Part shown: piece by piece, positions 10,651-19,994 of the stretch | Numbering within the stretch: position 1 is the stretch's first letter | How the letters are laid out: every line of letters starts with the position of its first letter | DNA from: a virus | Direction: 5' to 3' (one strand) | Virus record (IMG/VR): IMGVR_UViG_3300042891_000377 | Span: 1-64,000 of that record | Length of the DNA stretch: 64,000 nucleotides | The notes under the pieces: model-generated | The model's input: only the letters and a program-made list of their open reading frames with translations | Told to the model about the DNA's origin: nothing | The model's database searches: none | Made by a program: the position numbers and the translations under genes

Positions 10651-11464
10651 TGAAATATTGGTAGAAGGCCCGTTGGGAACACTTGGTGGAATTGCAGGTT
10701 CGGTTGCTAAGGGTATTGGCAAAGGGTTAGCTAATGCAGTTGCACCTGGCGCCGCTGATAAATTAAAAAATACTGCGTATTCTTATAATAATCGAGTAAA
10801 ATCAAGCACTGATGCTGAACTTGATGCCAACAAAGCCAATATAGCTACAGCGGCATCCGATGCCTCGGCTGCTAAAATGCAGGCAGCTAATGATGCGGCA
10901 AACTCAGCGCATGCCGCTGCAAAACGAGCAAGATTTATAGCTGTAATAAAACAACAAGCAGATCGTCAAGGATCTATATCAATGACAGATATAGGCAAGC
11001 AGATTCCAAAACAAGGTGAATATGCAGACCCAGCAAGACGTAGAGAAGCAATTAAAAATGTTGCACAAGAATTACAGCAACAAGGTGTAACAGTAACAGC
11101 AACTACTACGCCAGTTACAGCGGCGGCACCTACAGCACCTGCAACTGATGAACCGTACAGCATAGGCGGACAACAATTAGATCCTACTAAGCCCGGTGAT
11201 AAAGCAATTATTGATAAACTTAAAACTGCACAGGCAACTAAACCTAAAACTGCACCGGCAACTAACCCTAATCAACCTGCAGCAGGAAAATTTGACTGGG
11301 ATGAAGAAGTACATACTACAGATGCAAATACACCGGCGCCATCTGGATGGGTGAAGCTTAAAATTCCACCATCAATTCAACCCGGCAAAGAATCTCCGTA
11401 TCGCTTAGTACATCAGAAATATGCTCAAGATTGGATAGCTAACGGGTGGGTATTAGCGAAATGA
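10640..11464 (+). CDS. Ala/Pro/Thr-rich putative virion (internal head) protein
   Basis: MKINEI N-terminus; low-complexity linker; late-gene context. Confidence 0.55.
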   Translation: MKINEILVEGPLGTLGGIAGSVAKGIGKGLANAVAPGAADKLKNTAYSYNNRVKSSTDAELDANKANIATAASDASAAKMQAANDAANSAHAAAKRARFIAVIKQQADRQGSISMTDIGKQIPKQGEYADPARRREAIKNVAQELQQQGVTVTATTTPVTAAAPTAPATDEPYSIGGQQLDPTKPGDKAIIDKLKTAQATKPKTAPATNPNQPAAGKFDWDEEVHTTDANTPAPSGWVKLKIPPSIQPGKESPYRLVHQKYAQDWIANGWVLAK

Positions 11465-12717
11465 AGTTATTTGAAATTAAAAAACAAACACCGCAATGGT
11501 TACTTGCTGAAGCCGCAGGAGCAAAAGCAGTAAACCCGCACCTTGAACACTTAGAAGATTTAATCTTTAACAGTGGCTATGCAGGTGCGCTAGCGGCATT
11601 GGATTACGTAGAAAGTTTACGTGCTATGTTAGCCGAAGGCACAGGAATAACCACACAACTTACAGTTAAATGGGATGGTGCACCAGCAATTATCTGCGGT
11701 ATCGACCCTAGTGATAGTAAGTTTTTCATTGGTACTAAATCAGTATTTGCCAAAGGTGAACCTAAGCGTTGTAAAAATGCAGCAGACATTGCAAAATGGT
11801 ACAGCGCACAGCCAGAACTTGCGGCTAAATTAACAGCATCATTGAAATATCTTTCAAAACTTGGTATTGGTGGTGTAGTACAAGGCGACCTAATGTTTAC
11901 AGAAGGTGATGTAACTACAGTGTCTATTAACAACGAAGATTGTTATGTGTTTACTCCTAACACAATTACCTATGCTGTTCCAGTTAACAGCAACTTAGGA
12001 CAACGCATTGCTCGAGCTAAACTTGGTATTATATTTCATACTAGCTACGAAGGTGATTCATTGGAATCAATGACAGCAAACTATGGTGTAAACGTAAGTG
12101 GATTAACACCAACAGCAGACGTATGGTTTGATGACGCAACATATAAAGATTACACTGGCATTGCAAGTTTAACACCTAGCGAAAATGCCAGCATACAAAA
12201 ACAAATTGCTGCTACACAAGCAACAATAGAAAAGATTGGGCAAGCTCGTTTTGATATTATACTAAACAACAAGGACTTTGCTCGTAGCATCAAGCCATTT
12301 ATTAATCAAATGGTTAGACAAGGTGAACAAGTAGGCGAACCTATGCAGTTCTTACAAAGATTTGTTGATTACTATAACAGTGAGCTAATGAAAGACATTG
12401 AGAACTTATCTGGTGGCATTGCTGGACGTGCGGCACAGGCTCGATTGGTTAAGATTAAAGAAAAAGAACAATGGGTAGCAGACAATGCTAACAACCTATT
12501 GATCATACTTGCTACATACAAAAGAGTTATTGAACTTAAACATGCACTAATGCGTAAACTACAACAGGTAGATGGTATTGGTACATTCCAAAAGACCAAC
12601 GATGGTTATAAAGTAACTGCACCAGAAGGCTTTGTTGCTATAGGGCACGATGGCGGAGCAATTAAGTTAGTTGATAGACTTGAATTCACACGTACAAACG
12701 CATTAAGACGTGCTTAA
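11461..12717 (+). CDS. DUF6267-like protein with ligase/nucleotidyltransferase motifs
   Basis: HLEHLED; KWDG; QGDLMF; EGFV; KLVDR. Confidence 0.65.
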   Translation: MKLFEIKKQTPQWLLAEAAGAKAVNPHLEHLEDLIFNSGYAGALAALDYVESLRAMLAEGTGITTQLTVKWDGAPAIICGIDPSDSKFFIGTKSVFAKGEPKRCKNAADIAKWYSAQPELAAKLTASLKYLSKLGIGGVVQGDLMFTEGDVTTVSINNEDCYVFTPNTITYAVPVNSNLGQRIARAKLGIIFHTSYEGDSLESMTANYGVNVSGLTPTADVWFDDATYKDYTGIASLTPSENASIQKQIAATQATIEKIGQARFDIILNNKDFARSIKPFINQMVRQGEQVGEPMQFLQRFVDYYNSELMKDIENLSGGIAGRAAQARLVKIKEKEQWVADNANNLLIILATYKRVIELKHALMRKLQQVDGIGTFQKTNDGYKVTAPEGFVAIGHDGGAIKLVDRLEFTRTNALRRA

Positions 12718-12802
12718 AAATACGAGCATTACAGTATAGAATTTTGCGTAGATGATAAATAAAAGTATGCGCGAAAGCGTAAAATAAATTAGGAGAAATA
12801 AC

Positions 12803-13171
12803 ATGGCTACACCAGCAGCAGTAAATCCAGCATCAACAACATTAAACGTTGAACAAGTAGGTCGTAATATTAGCTTTTTCACAGTTGACTACATCGTTGC
12901 AGTTAACGGTTCAGCAGGTCCAAGTGGCGCACAACAAGCTGTTCTAAACACAATCCAAACTCTACATACAATCATAGCGATTGGACCATTGGCCGACAGC
13001 AACACACAACAAACTTTCGCTATCGAAGGTGACTTGTTTACTCCACAAAATGGTACAACATTACAAGCATCTATCCAAGCACTAGGTACAGTTGATTCGA
13101 TTGATTTATCAAACGCAACAGTTACAGCAACTAAACTTGCTATCTTAACAGCAGCAGCAGTTGCAGTTTAA
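12803..13171 (+). CDS. Small putative abundant virion protein
   Basis: TAAATA, strong AGGAG SD, own terminator. Confidence 0.65.
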   Translation: MATPAAVNPASTTLNVEQVGRNISFFTVDYIVAVNGSAGPSGAQQAVLNTIQTLHTIIAIGPLADSNTQQTFAIEGDLFTPQNGTTLQASIQALGTVDSIDLSNATVTATKLAILTAAAVAV

Positions 13172-13187
13172 TTAATACTTAAACAAC

Positions 13188-13214
13188 AAAAAACACTCTT
13201 CGGAGTGTTTTTTT
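13188..13214 (+). terminator. Rho-independent terminator
   Basis: AAAAAACACTC-TTCG-GAGTGTTTTTTT. Confidence 0.9.
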
Positions 13215-13285
13215 GTGGCTTGTATTCTTAAATTATGCTAAATACTATTATACGCAACTAGCGTGAAAAAATTAGGAGAAATATC

Positions 13286-13603
13286 ATGGCAACAGCATTA
13301 ACAAGAGTAAACGGTGGCGCACTACCGATTGGCTCAGTAGGACAAACATTAGTAACTGGACGCCCGTTAACATTTTATACAGTATCGTTAACTAACGTTC
13401 ATGTTGGTTATTCAGCGGCAGACAGTGATTTTGAAAAATTAGTACTTGCAATCGAAACAGTAGGTTCAATTGAACTTTTAGGTACGCCAGGTGCAGGTGC
13501 CTTTCGTGTAGCTATTTCAGGTGCAAACAAAACAGCAGGTGAGTTAGAAACATTGTTAGCAGCGGCAGTAGCAACTACCACAGTGGCAACATACACATTC
13601 TAA
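13286..13603 (+). CDS. Small putative abundant virion protein (paralog of 12803..13171)
   Basis: GRPLTFYTV vs GRNISFFTV; same promoter/SD layout. Confidence 0.65.
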   Translation: MATALTRVNGGALPIGSVGQTLVTGRPLTFYTVSLTNVHVGYSAADSDFEKLVLAIETVGSIELLGTPGAGAFRVAISGANKTAGELETLLAAAVATTTVATYTF

Positions 13604-13618
13604 TATAATGTGTAAATT

Positions 13619-13649
13619 AAAAAGGGCAGTTTTTATACTGCCTTTTTTT
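13619..13649 (+). terminator. Rho-independent terminator
   Basis: AAAAGGGCAGT...ACTGCCTTTTTTT. Confidence 0.85.
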
Positions 13650-13667
13650 ACGACTATAAATATTGCT

Positions 13668-14090
13668 ATGGAAGCATTATATCAATATCGAGCATACACC
13701 TTAATAGATATAACCAAAACTAACGTACTAACACAGTCAGCAGAACAACAGAAACAACGCAATCAACAACGTAATTGGGAAACAATAAATCAGTTATTAA
13801 GTTTGCGAGCACAGTTAATGGAATTTACGTATCTGCCTATGATAGCCGCTGATGTTGCAGAGTATTCGTTTGGTATTAACTATACAGGCACACATAACAT
13901 TTGGTCGTTTGACTTTGCAGTTGAGCGAGAAGATGTCTATGCACTTAATCACGATAGGTATGGTACTCTTAAAGATGACTTTAAACTTGCTCCTGTTATA
14001 CTTGGACTAGACGAAACTGCTCAGCCGCCACTACCATTATTCTATGCCAGCGGTGTAGATAAAAACATCTATTTTAAAACACGCAGTTAA
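13668..14090 (+). CDS. Hypothetical phage protein (start revised to MEALY)
   Basis: TATAAATA-N5-ATG; TLIDIT..QQRNWET motif. Confidence 0.65.
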   Translation: MEALYQYRAYTLIDITKTNVLTQSAEQQKQRNQQRNWETINQLLSLRAQLMEFTYLPMIAADVAEYSFGINYTGTHNIWSFDFAVEREDVYALNHDRYGTLKDDFKLAPVILGLDETAQPPLPLFYASGVDKNIYFKTRS

Positions 14091-14206
14091 AAATACCACG
14101 TAAGAACTAAATATTAGTTAGATGCAACACTAATCATCATGGCACATATTAAGGCATACACTAGGCTCAACGAATACGCATCGCTACTATATAAAAGAGA
14201 GCGACG

Positions 14207-14470
14207 ATGGCAAAACCTACAGAAATCGAGAAGCAAAATTTAGAAGCACATGTCGAACTATGCGCCGTAAGGTACGGTAGCTTGGAAACTAAATTAAACA
14301 ACTTGGAACAGCGCATGGATAAACTTGAGCTGCATCTGATTGATATTAAAAACAGTCTAACTGATAAAATATCAGGTGGTGATAAACAAACCATCAGTAT
14401 CTTTACCACTATGATGGGTGTTATACTAGCAGGTCTCCTTGGCTTCATCTCACACAGTCTTTTTAAATAA
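14207..14470 (+). CDS. Coiled-coil protein with C-terminal transmembrane helix (holin/XhlA-like topology)
   Basis: Heptad LETKLNNLEQRMDKLE followed by a hydrophobic C-terminus. Confidence 0.6.
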   Translation: MAKPTEIEKQNLEAHVELCAVRYGSLETKLNNLEQRMDKLELHLIDIKNSLTDKISGGDKQTISIFTTMMGVILAGLLGFISHSLFK

Positions 14471-14479
14471 AACTCCCCA

Positions 14480-14515
14480 ATGTTATCCTGTAATAAATAC
14501 TTTATAGGATAACAT
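14480..14515 (+). promoter_or_regulatory. Late promoter within an RBS-sequestering hairpin
   Basis: ATGTTATCCTGTAA-TAAATACT-TTATAGGATAACAT; 3' arm contains AGGA. Confidence 0.7.
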
Positions 14516-14516
14516 C

Positions 14517-14726
14517 ATGAAAATTGTTGAACTTACAAACAAACTATTATTAACAATCACAAACGAAGAACATGAACTCTTAGAGCAGTTCACCGGCGAT
14601 AATACTATTGCTAAAAGTCAATTAGACGAACGCGAGCAACTAATCGCAAATCAACTCACAGTCAAAGATGTACTGTTACGAACAAATGAAGCCGGCAAAA
14701 TCTACTACAAAAAACGTATTGACTGA
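14517..14726 (+). CDS. Hypothetical phage protein
   Basis: ORF with SD; MKIVEL start. Confidence 0.65.
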   Translation: MKIVELTNKLLLTITNEEHELLEQFTGDNTIAKSQLDEREQLIANQLTVKDVLLRTNEAGKIYYKKRID

Positions 14727-15177
14727 GATCGACGTTGAAAAGATACGTAGGTTTACAGAAGCAGAGTTGGCCAAACATAGTCGAGGTCCACTGCCATTCT
14801 GCTATCAACTTGGCGCAGATACACTAATCGTTGGCAAGTATAAAATAACAAAAATAACAGACAAAAACTGGCGAATAACCAAAGATAATGAACAGGTATT
14901 TGACTTTTTTAATAGAAAAGACGCTATATTTTACTGCATTGCCTTACACAAGCACAAATACGAATTAGCACAAGAAGTAAGAATTAACGATAACCTAATT
15001 GGTGTACTTGAATTTGACGCCATACTATATAGATATCGCTATAAGCAAGCACAAGAGAAGAACGACGAATGGAATATTGCATTATATTCCAATAAATATA
15101 CTGAAACCATGCTTAGAATTGAAGAATCAAAGAAACAATTGAAGAAGTCTATTGTTTTGATAAATAATATTAAATAA
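14686..15177 (+). CDS. Hypothetical phage protein
   Basis: ORF in operon; start uncertain. Confidence 0.6.
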   Translation: MKPAKSTTKNVLTEIDVEKIRRFTEAELAKHSRGPLPFCYQLGADTLIVGKYKITKITDKNWRITKDNEQVFDFFNRKDAIFYCIALHKHKYELAQEVRINDNLIGVLEFDAILYRYRYKQAQEKNDEWNIALYSNKYTETMLRIEESKKQLKKSIVLINNIK

Positions 15178-15198
15178 TTGCATTAGGAAGAATTAACC

Positions 15199-15876
15199 AT
15201 GAAACTATCAGAAATGTCTCAGACATCTGCAAAAAAAATTAACAAAGTACTAGAAAGCCGTTTTGGCTTTGCTATTAACTATGACAATTTGTCTATTGCT
15301 AAAGCACAACGCTTAGGTGAAACAATATCATTAAACTTAAACAAAATCCGTCATAGTGCGGATTTTCATCGTGCAGAAACAAATCCACGTTACATGGAAT
15401 TGTTAACTGTGCAAGAAGGCTTAAACACTTGGCTTACTGAGCAACATCAACAACTAAACGAAGGTGAAGTTGGTAATGCAGAAGTATTGTTAGCTGCTAA
15501 AGATATGGTTGACAGTGTTCAAGATACTATTGAGAAAGTTGGTAAAATGCAAAATGAACAACTTCCACAATTGCTTGACAGTATCCGTGACCAAATTGGT
15601 TCAGAGCAAGCTGATGCATTTAAAAACGCAGTTGGTGCAACATTAGATCAACTAATGCAAAATTTACAATCTGCACGTGAAGGTGTTGACACTGGTGTGC
15701 GTGTATTGTCGGGTGAAGCAGTTGATCAACCAATGGCTATGCCAGGCGACGATTTGGGTGCTGAATTACCTCCACCACCAGAAAGCGACTTTGATGCAGA
15801 AGAACCAGCTGATGGATTTGCGGCTACTGATGCTGCTGTTGGCGGAACTGAAACATTGGGTAGAGAATTGCGTTAA
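15199..15876 (+). CDS. Putative prohead core/scaffold-like protein
   Basis: Helical, acidic Pro-rich C-terminus; MKLSEM start; late context. Confidence 0.45.
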   Translation: MKLSEMSQTSAKKINKVLESRFGFAINYDNLSIAKAQRLGETISLNLNKIRHSADFHRAETNPRYMELLTVQEGLNTWLTEQHQQLNEGEVGNAEVLLAAKDMVDSVQDTIEKVGKMQNEQLPQLLDSIRDQIGSEQADAFKNAVGATLDQLMQNLQSAREGVDTGVRVLSGEAVDQPMAMPGDDLGAELPPPPESDFDAEEPADGFAATDAAVGGTETLGRELR

Positions 15877-16268
15877 TGCGTTTATGCGAATTTGCCAGTG
15901 ATACCAATACTCCAGAGTTTAACCTAGTTACTGCTCTGGAGTTATTACGTCACCGTTCAGCAGATAAATCAGCTCCGGCAAAAATTAGTACACAGAGTCT
16001 TATTAATCTAGTATTAAACACAGATCGCACATTTAGCTATGATGCACTAGTTGATGCAAACGAAAACAATCCAGCAGTAAAAAATCTTATTAAAAGTTTC
16101 AATCAAGATCAAGTTATCCTTGCTCCATTAACAGGTAACGACGATAGCGATGCTACAACAACTAACACCGATGGTGTAGATCAAAATACATTCCAAGCAC
16201 CAGTAGATGATGTTAGTGACATGGCAAAACGTGCCGCTAAACATCGTGGCGCACCTGTAGCACAATAA
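15876..16268 (+). CDS. Hypothetical virion-associated protein
   Basis: Coupled ORF (TAATG overlap); MRLCEF start. Confidence 0.55.
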   Translation: MRLCEFASDTNTPEFNLVTALELLRHRSADKSAPAKISTQSLINLVLNTDRTFSYDALVDANENNPAVKNLIKSFNQDQVILAPLTGNDDSDATTTNTDGVDQNTFQAPVDDVSDMAKRAAKHRGAPVAQ

Positions 16269-16412
16269 CTAAAACACATTGTCCTTACTATATAAATAGT
16301 ATAGTATATTAGCCACCTAAAGTTATGGGACATATATATAATTTACACTTTATTCCTGTTAAAGAAAATTCTAGTAAAGGAACAAAATGTTTAATTACAA
16401 AGGAAATGTTGT

Positions 16413-16529
16413 ATGAGCTATTCAAAAATGGTACTTGACCATTATGAAAATCCAAGAAATGTGGGATCTTTAGACAAGGAGAATGCGCAAGTTGGGACCG
16501 GAATCGTCGGTGCCCCAGCTTGCGGATGA
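16413..16529 (+). CDS. iscU: IscU Fe-S scaffold, N-terminal part (38 aa; not in ORF track)
   Basis: MSYSKMVLDHYENPRNVGSLDKENAQVGTGIVGAPACG-stop; AAGGA SD. Confidence 0.9.
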   Translation: MSYSKMVLDHYENPRNVGSLDKENAQVGTGIVGAPACG

Positions 16530-16795
16530 CAGGTGACGTCATGAAGTTACAAATTCAAGTCGAAGACGGTATTATAATAGATGCAAAGTTTAAAACATAT
16601 GGCTGTGGTAGTGCAATTGCTAGTTCTAGTCTAGTAACTGAACTGCTTAAAGGTATGACAATAGACGAAGCATTTACAATTAAAAATTCAGCAATAGCAG
16701 AAGAACTTGCATTGCCGCCAGTTAAAATACATTGTAGTGTCTTGGCAGAAGATGCAATTAAAGCTGCAATAAACGATTACAGGAGTAAGCAATAG
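16526..16795 (+). CDS. iscU: IscU Fe-S scaffold, C-terminal part (different frame)
   Basis: GDVMKLQI...FKTYGCGSAIASSS...LPPVKIHCSVLAEDA. Confidence 0.92.
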   Translation: MTGDVMKLQIQVEDGIIIDAKFKTYGCGSAIASSSLVTELLKGMTIDEAFTIKNSAIAEELALPPVKIHCSVLAEDAIKAAINDYRSKQ

Positions 16796-16947
16796 TGGAA
16801 GATATTGAAAGCCCGTGTATTGGTGTTTGTCATTTAGATAATGACGTATGTCGTGGCTGTGGTAGAACAACCGACGAAGTAGTCGAATGGTACAATTATA
16901 CTAACGAACAAAAACAAGCAGTGCTAGATAGGATATTCAATGATTAG
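16795..16947 (+). CDS. DUF1289-like small Cys-rich (putative Fe-S) protein, 50 aa (not in ORF track)
   Basis: GTG start, AGGAG SD; SPCIGVC..DVCRGCGRT..EV.EW. Confidence 0.8.
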   Translation: MEDIESPCIGVCHLDNDVCRGCGRTTDEVVEWYNYTNEQKQAVLDRIFND

Positions 16948-17263
16948 TCTGACTGAGTTAGCCGCAGAGAAAATTAAGAAAAGCATTACTGCACGTGGTA
17001 CAAATACACTAGGTATTAAAATTGGTGTTAAAACTGCTGGTTGTAGTGGCATGAGCTATGTACTTGAATTTGTTGATCAGCTTACGGCAGATGCTATTGA
17101 ATATAAGTGTCACGATGTTAGTATTTTTACCACACCAAAAGATCTAGTCTATGTAGATGGGTTGAAAATGGATTGGCGTCGTGAAGGACTCAATGAAGGT
17201 TTTGAATTTATTAATCCTAATGCCACTGGTGAATGTGGATGTGGAGAGAGTTTTACGGTATGA
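16940..17263 (+). CDS. iscA: A-type Fe-S carrier IscA/HesB
   Basis: GCSGMSY and NPNA..CGCGESF. Confidence 0.93.
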   Translation: MISLTELAAEKIKKSITARGTNTLGIKIGVKTAGCSGMSYVLEFVDQLTADAIEYKCHDVSIFTTPKDLVYVDGLKMDWRREGLNEGFEFINPNATGECGCGESFTV

Positions 17264-17616
17264 AATTTCCAGTAATTGAAATCGTTGATCGTTACACTAT
17301 CGCTGTAGTTAAACATAGAAAAACTAACGGTGCTAATCAAGAAGAATTAAATTTTTATCTAGAGCAGATGAAAACAGTTAATATTAATCCTATGCATGTT
17401 TTGGTTTTAGAATTAATCGAACATCATGCGTATGTTTGGTCATTGGAAGATGACTTTAAAAAGAATCGAATCGATGGCCTACCATTGGAAGAAATTGGCC
17501 GTATAGCAATAACAGTTCGAGATCAAGGATACAAGCGTACAGAACTTAAAAACGCATTAGCAGAACTAGCCGGTGATACAGTTAAGGAAATTAAACAAGA
17601 TCATAGCAGTGAATAG
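17260..17616 (+). CDS. Hypothetical protein
   Basis: Coupled ORF (ATGA overlap with iscA). Confidence 0.6.
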   Translation: MKFPVIEIVDRYTIAVVKHRKTNGANQEELNFYLEQMKTVNINPMHVLVLELIEHHAYVWSLEDDFKKNRIDGLPLEEIGRIAITVRDQGYKRTELKNALAELAGDTVKEIKQDHSSE

Positions 17617-17643
17617 TTTGACCTTTGAAATTTAATTATATAA

Positions 17644-18657
17644 CTAATTCTTAATTGATATAGCCCGTTGCATAGCCAACACAATAATACTATTGATATC
17701 TGTTGCTAGTACTAAATTTTTATTGTGATTAATAATATCTATATTTTCTGCATATAACTTCTCTATTTCGTTAATTGGTTTTGCTACAAATTCGTTAATA
17801 GCATCAGTAACAGCATATAATCTTTCTGCATTATTTTCTATATCATCATAACTTTCATTAATGATATGGCCCCATGTTTTAAATCCCAACGATTTTAAAT
17901 GTTTTAAACTATGGGCTGGTCCTAAATATACAAAAAAATGATTGTACAACATACTATTAAATATCTTTTCTGAAAAAAATAGTTCTGGTCCGGTATAGAA
18001 TGTTTCTGTGATTATAGAAAGATACGCATCCGAAACAATGTTTTTTGGTATAGTTGTGTATTCTACACTATTGTCAAATCCCTGTATCGGTAATAAATGA
18101 TCTATAGATGCCACAGCAGACTGTATTAGCTGTAAATTGTCTATATTATATAATTCGTTTGTATAATGTTTGTCTATGCATTTGTAAGCAATATATCCTT
18201 GATCACTAAATTTATTTTTAAATAATGATTGTAAAATATATCTCCTACTCAGATAATCCTTGGTACTAGCAAAGAAGAATTTTTTATTTTTATTAATAGT
18301 AAGGGGCATGCTTTCTACAGATAATTTACTCAGATATTGAAAAAAATCAATCTGCTGATAAGGAAATTTTAAAAATTCTGGACTAATTGTATATATTGCG
18401 CTATTGAACAAAATCATAGGATTTTTAATACTTTGATACCATTCATTTAACACATTGAATCTGACATCATTGATATTAATTTTATGACCAATTCCCCATA
18501 ACACAATGAGACTGTGCTCATCTTTAATATTTAGATTTTTTATAAAATCGGGTAAGTTGTTGGTAGTAAAGTCGTAAATGTAATTCCAAGAAAAATTTAT
18601 TTGATCTGGAATATCCAGATAAACATTATAATGATTTGCAGTATTGAATAAACTCAT
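17644..18657 (-). CDS. Hypothetical protein, glycosyltransferase-like C-terminus
   Basis: IITET...FSEKI...HFFVYLG...LKSLGFKT...NESYD motif. Confidence 0.5.
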   Translation of the reverse strand: MSLFNTANHYNVYLDIPDQINFSWNYIYDFTTNNLPDFIKNLNIKDEHSLIVLWGIGHKININDVRFNVLNEWYQSIKNPMILFNSAIYTISPEFLKFPYQQIDFFQYLSKLSVESMPLTINKNKKFFFASTKDYLSRRYILQSLFKNKFSDQGYIAYKCIDKHYTNELYNIDNLQLIQSAVASIDHLLPIQGFDNSVEYTTIPKNIVSDAYLSIITETFYTGPELFFSEKIFNSMLYNHFFVYLGPAHSLKHLKSLGFKTWGHIINESYDDIENNAERLYAVTDAINEFVAKPINEIEKLYAENIDIINHNKNLVLATDINSIIVLAMQRAISIKN

Positions 18658-18714
18658 ACATATATTTAATCTAAATTATTTGACCTTTTGCAATTAACCT
18701 TATATACTAATAGT

Positions 18715-19398
18715 ATGCTTATACAAAAATACGACTATACACCCATCAATCGCCAGAGCGTGGATGGAAAAAGACTTTACAGTTTGCCAGATGGCAGTAA
18801 GGTTCCTTCAGTAACAACAATACTTGATGCAACTAAACCTGCCGAAGCTAAGTTAGCTTTAGAAAACTGGCGTAAGTCTGTGGGCGAACAACGAGCTCGA
18901 GAGATAACTACAGAAGCCGCTAGCCGTGGAACACGTATGCACAAATGGTTAGAAGACTATGTGCAAAACAATCGTGAGATGGGCGAACCCGGCACTAATC
19001 CCTACAGTATTCAAAGTCATAAGATGGCACAAAAGATTGTGGAAGAAGGATTAGTACACGTAGATGAAGTTTGGGGTATCGAAGTGCCGTTATATGTAGC
19101 TGGACTGTATGCTGGTACAACAGACGCTTGTGGTGTACACAAAGGCAAACCGGCTATTTTAGACTACAAACAGACTAATAAACCTAAGAAAACTGAATGG
19201 ATTCAGGACTATTTCCTCCAATTATGTGCCTACGGACTAGCACATAACGAAACTCACGGAACAGACATTCGACAGGGCGTTATTCTAATGTGCAGTCAAG
19301 ACTTCCAATACCAAACTTGGACAGTTGAGGGTGCCGAATGGGATTTGTGGACTGAACGTTGGTTGAAAAGAGTGGAGCAGTATTATAATCTCAGCTAA
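18715..19398 (+). CDS. PD-(D/E)XK exonuclease
   Basis: PSVTTIL, RGTRMH, YAGTTD, DYKQ, QLCAY; TTGACC-N17-TATACT promoter at 18680-18708. Confidence 0.85.
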   Translation: MLIQKYDYTPINRQSVDGKRLYSLPDGSKVPSVTTILDATKPAEAKLALENWRKSVGEQRAREITTEAASRGTRMHKWLEDYVQNNREMGEPGTNPYSIQSHKMAQKIVEEGLVHVDEVWGIEVPLYVAGLYAGTTDACGVHKGKPAILDYKQTNKPKKTEWIQDYFLQLCAYGLAHNETHGTDIRQGVILMCSQDFQYQTWTVEGAEWDLWTERWLKRVEQYYNLS

Positions 19399-19424
19399 AT
19401 ATAAAATATAGATAGGATATTAAT

Positions 19425-19994
19425 ATGGCTGTAACCCAAATTTCCAAAATACAAATCCGCAGAGGACTGCAAGAGAATTTACCACAACTTAGTTCAGCCG
19501 AAATGGGTTGGTCAATCGACGAACAGCGTTTGTTTATTGGTAATGGTACATTAGCTGAAGGTGCTCCGATGACCGGAGTAACTGAGATACTTACTGCTCA
19601 AAGTATGTATAGTGAATTAGCCTTGATTGAATCACTAGAAGGTAATGTTGCTAATATGACAGCAAATATTACTACTATACAATCTGATATTGCTAGTCTA
19701 CAGGCAAATTCAGAAATGTTTACTCAAACATTAACTGATAATACTAGTAATGCAAATATCGGCAGTGTCACAACAACTACAATATTAGAATATATTATCA
19801 TTCGCGGAAGTGATACTAGATTTGGTTGGTTGAAAGGCGGATATTTAAATGGTACACCACTGTTAGATGACGAATATACCGAATCTGCTGATGTTGGAGT
19901 AACATTTGGCTTTACTGGTAATATATTTCAATATACTACTACAAATACCGGCACCGATGCAACGTTTAAATATTATGTAAAACAATTTATTTAA
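19425..19994 (+). CDS. Virion protein with Mtd/hyaluronidase-like N-terminal domain
   Basis: IQIRRG..LPQL..AEMGW..DEQRLFIGNG. Confidence 0.6.
   Translation: MAVTQISKIQIRRGLQENLPQLSSAEMGWSIDEQRLFIGNGTLAEGAPMTGVTEILTAQSMYSELALIESLEGNVANMTANITTIQSDIASLQANSEMFTQTLTDNTSNANIGSVTTTTILEYIIIRGSDTRFGWLKGGYLNGTPLLDDEYTESADVGVTFGFTGNIFQYTTTNTGTDATFKYYVKQFI

Noticed and set aside
16527-16529. Selenocysteine or stop read-through at the iscU TGA
   Set aside because: TGA is not at a Cys position, and read-through stays in the wrong frame, hitting another TGA four codons later
16309-16542. Minus-strand 77-aa ORF
   Set aside because: Antisense shadow of the iscU N-terminal half
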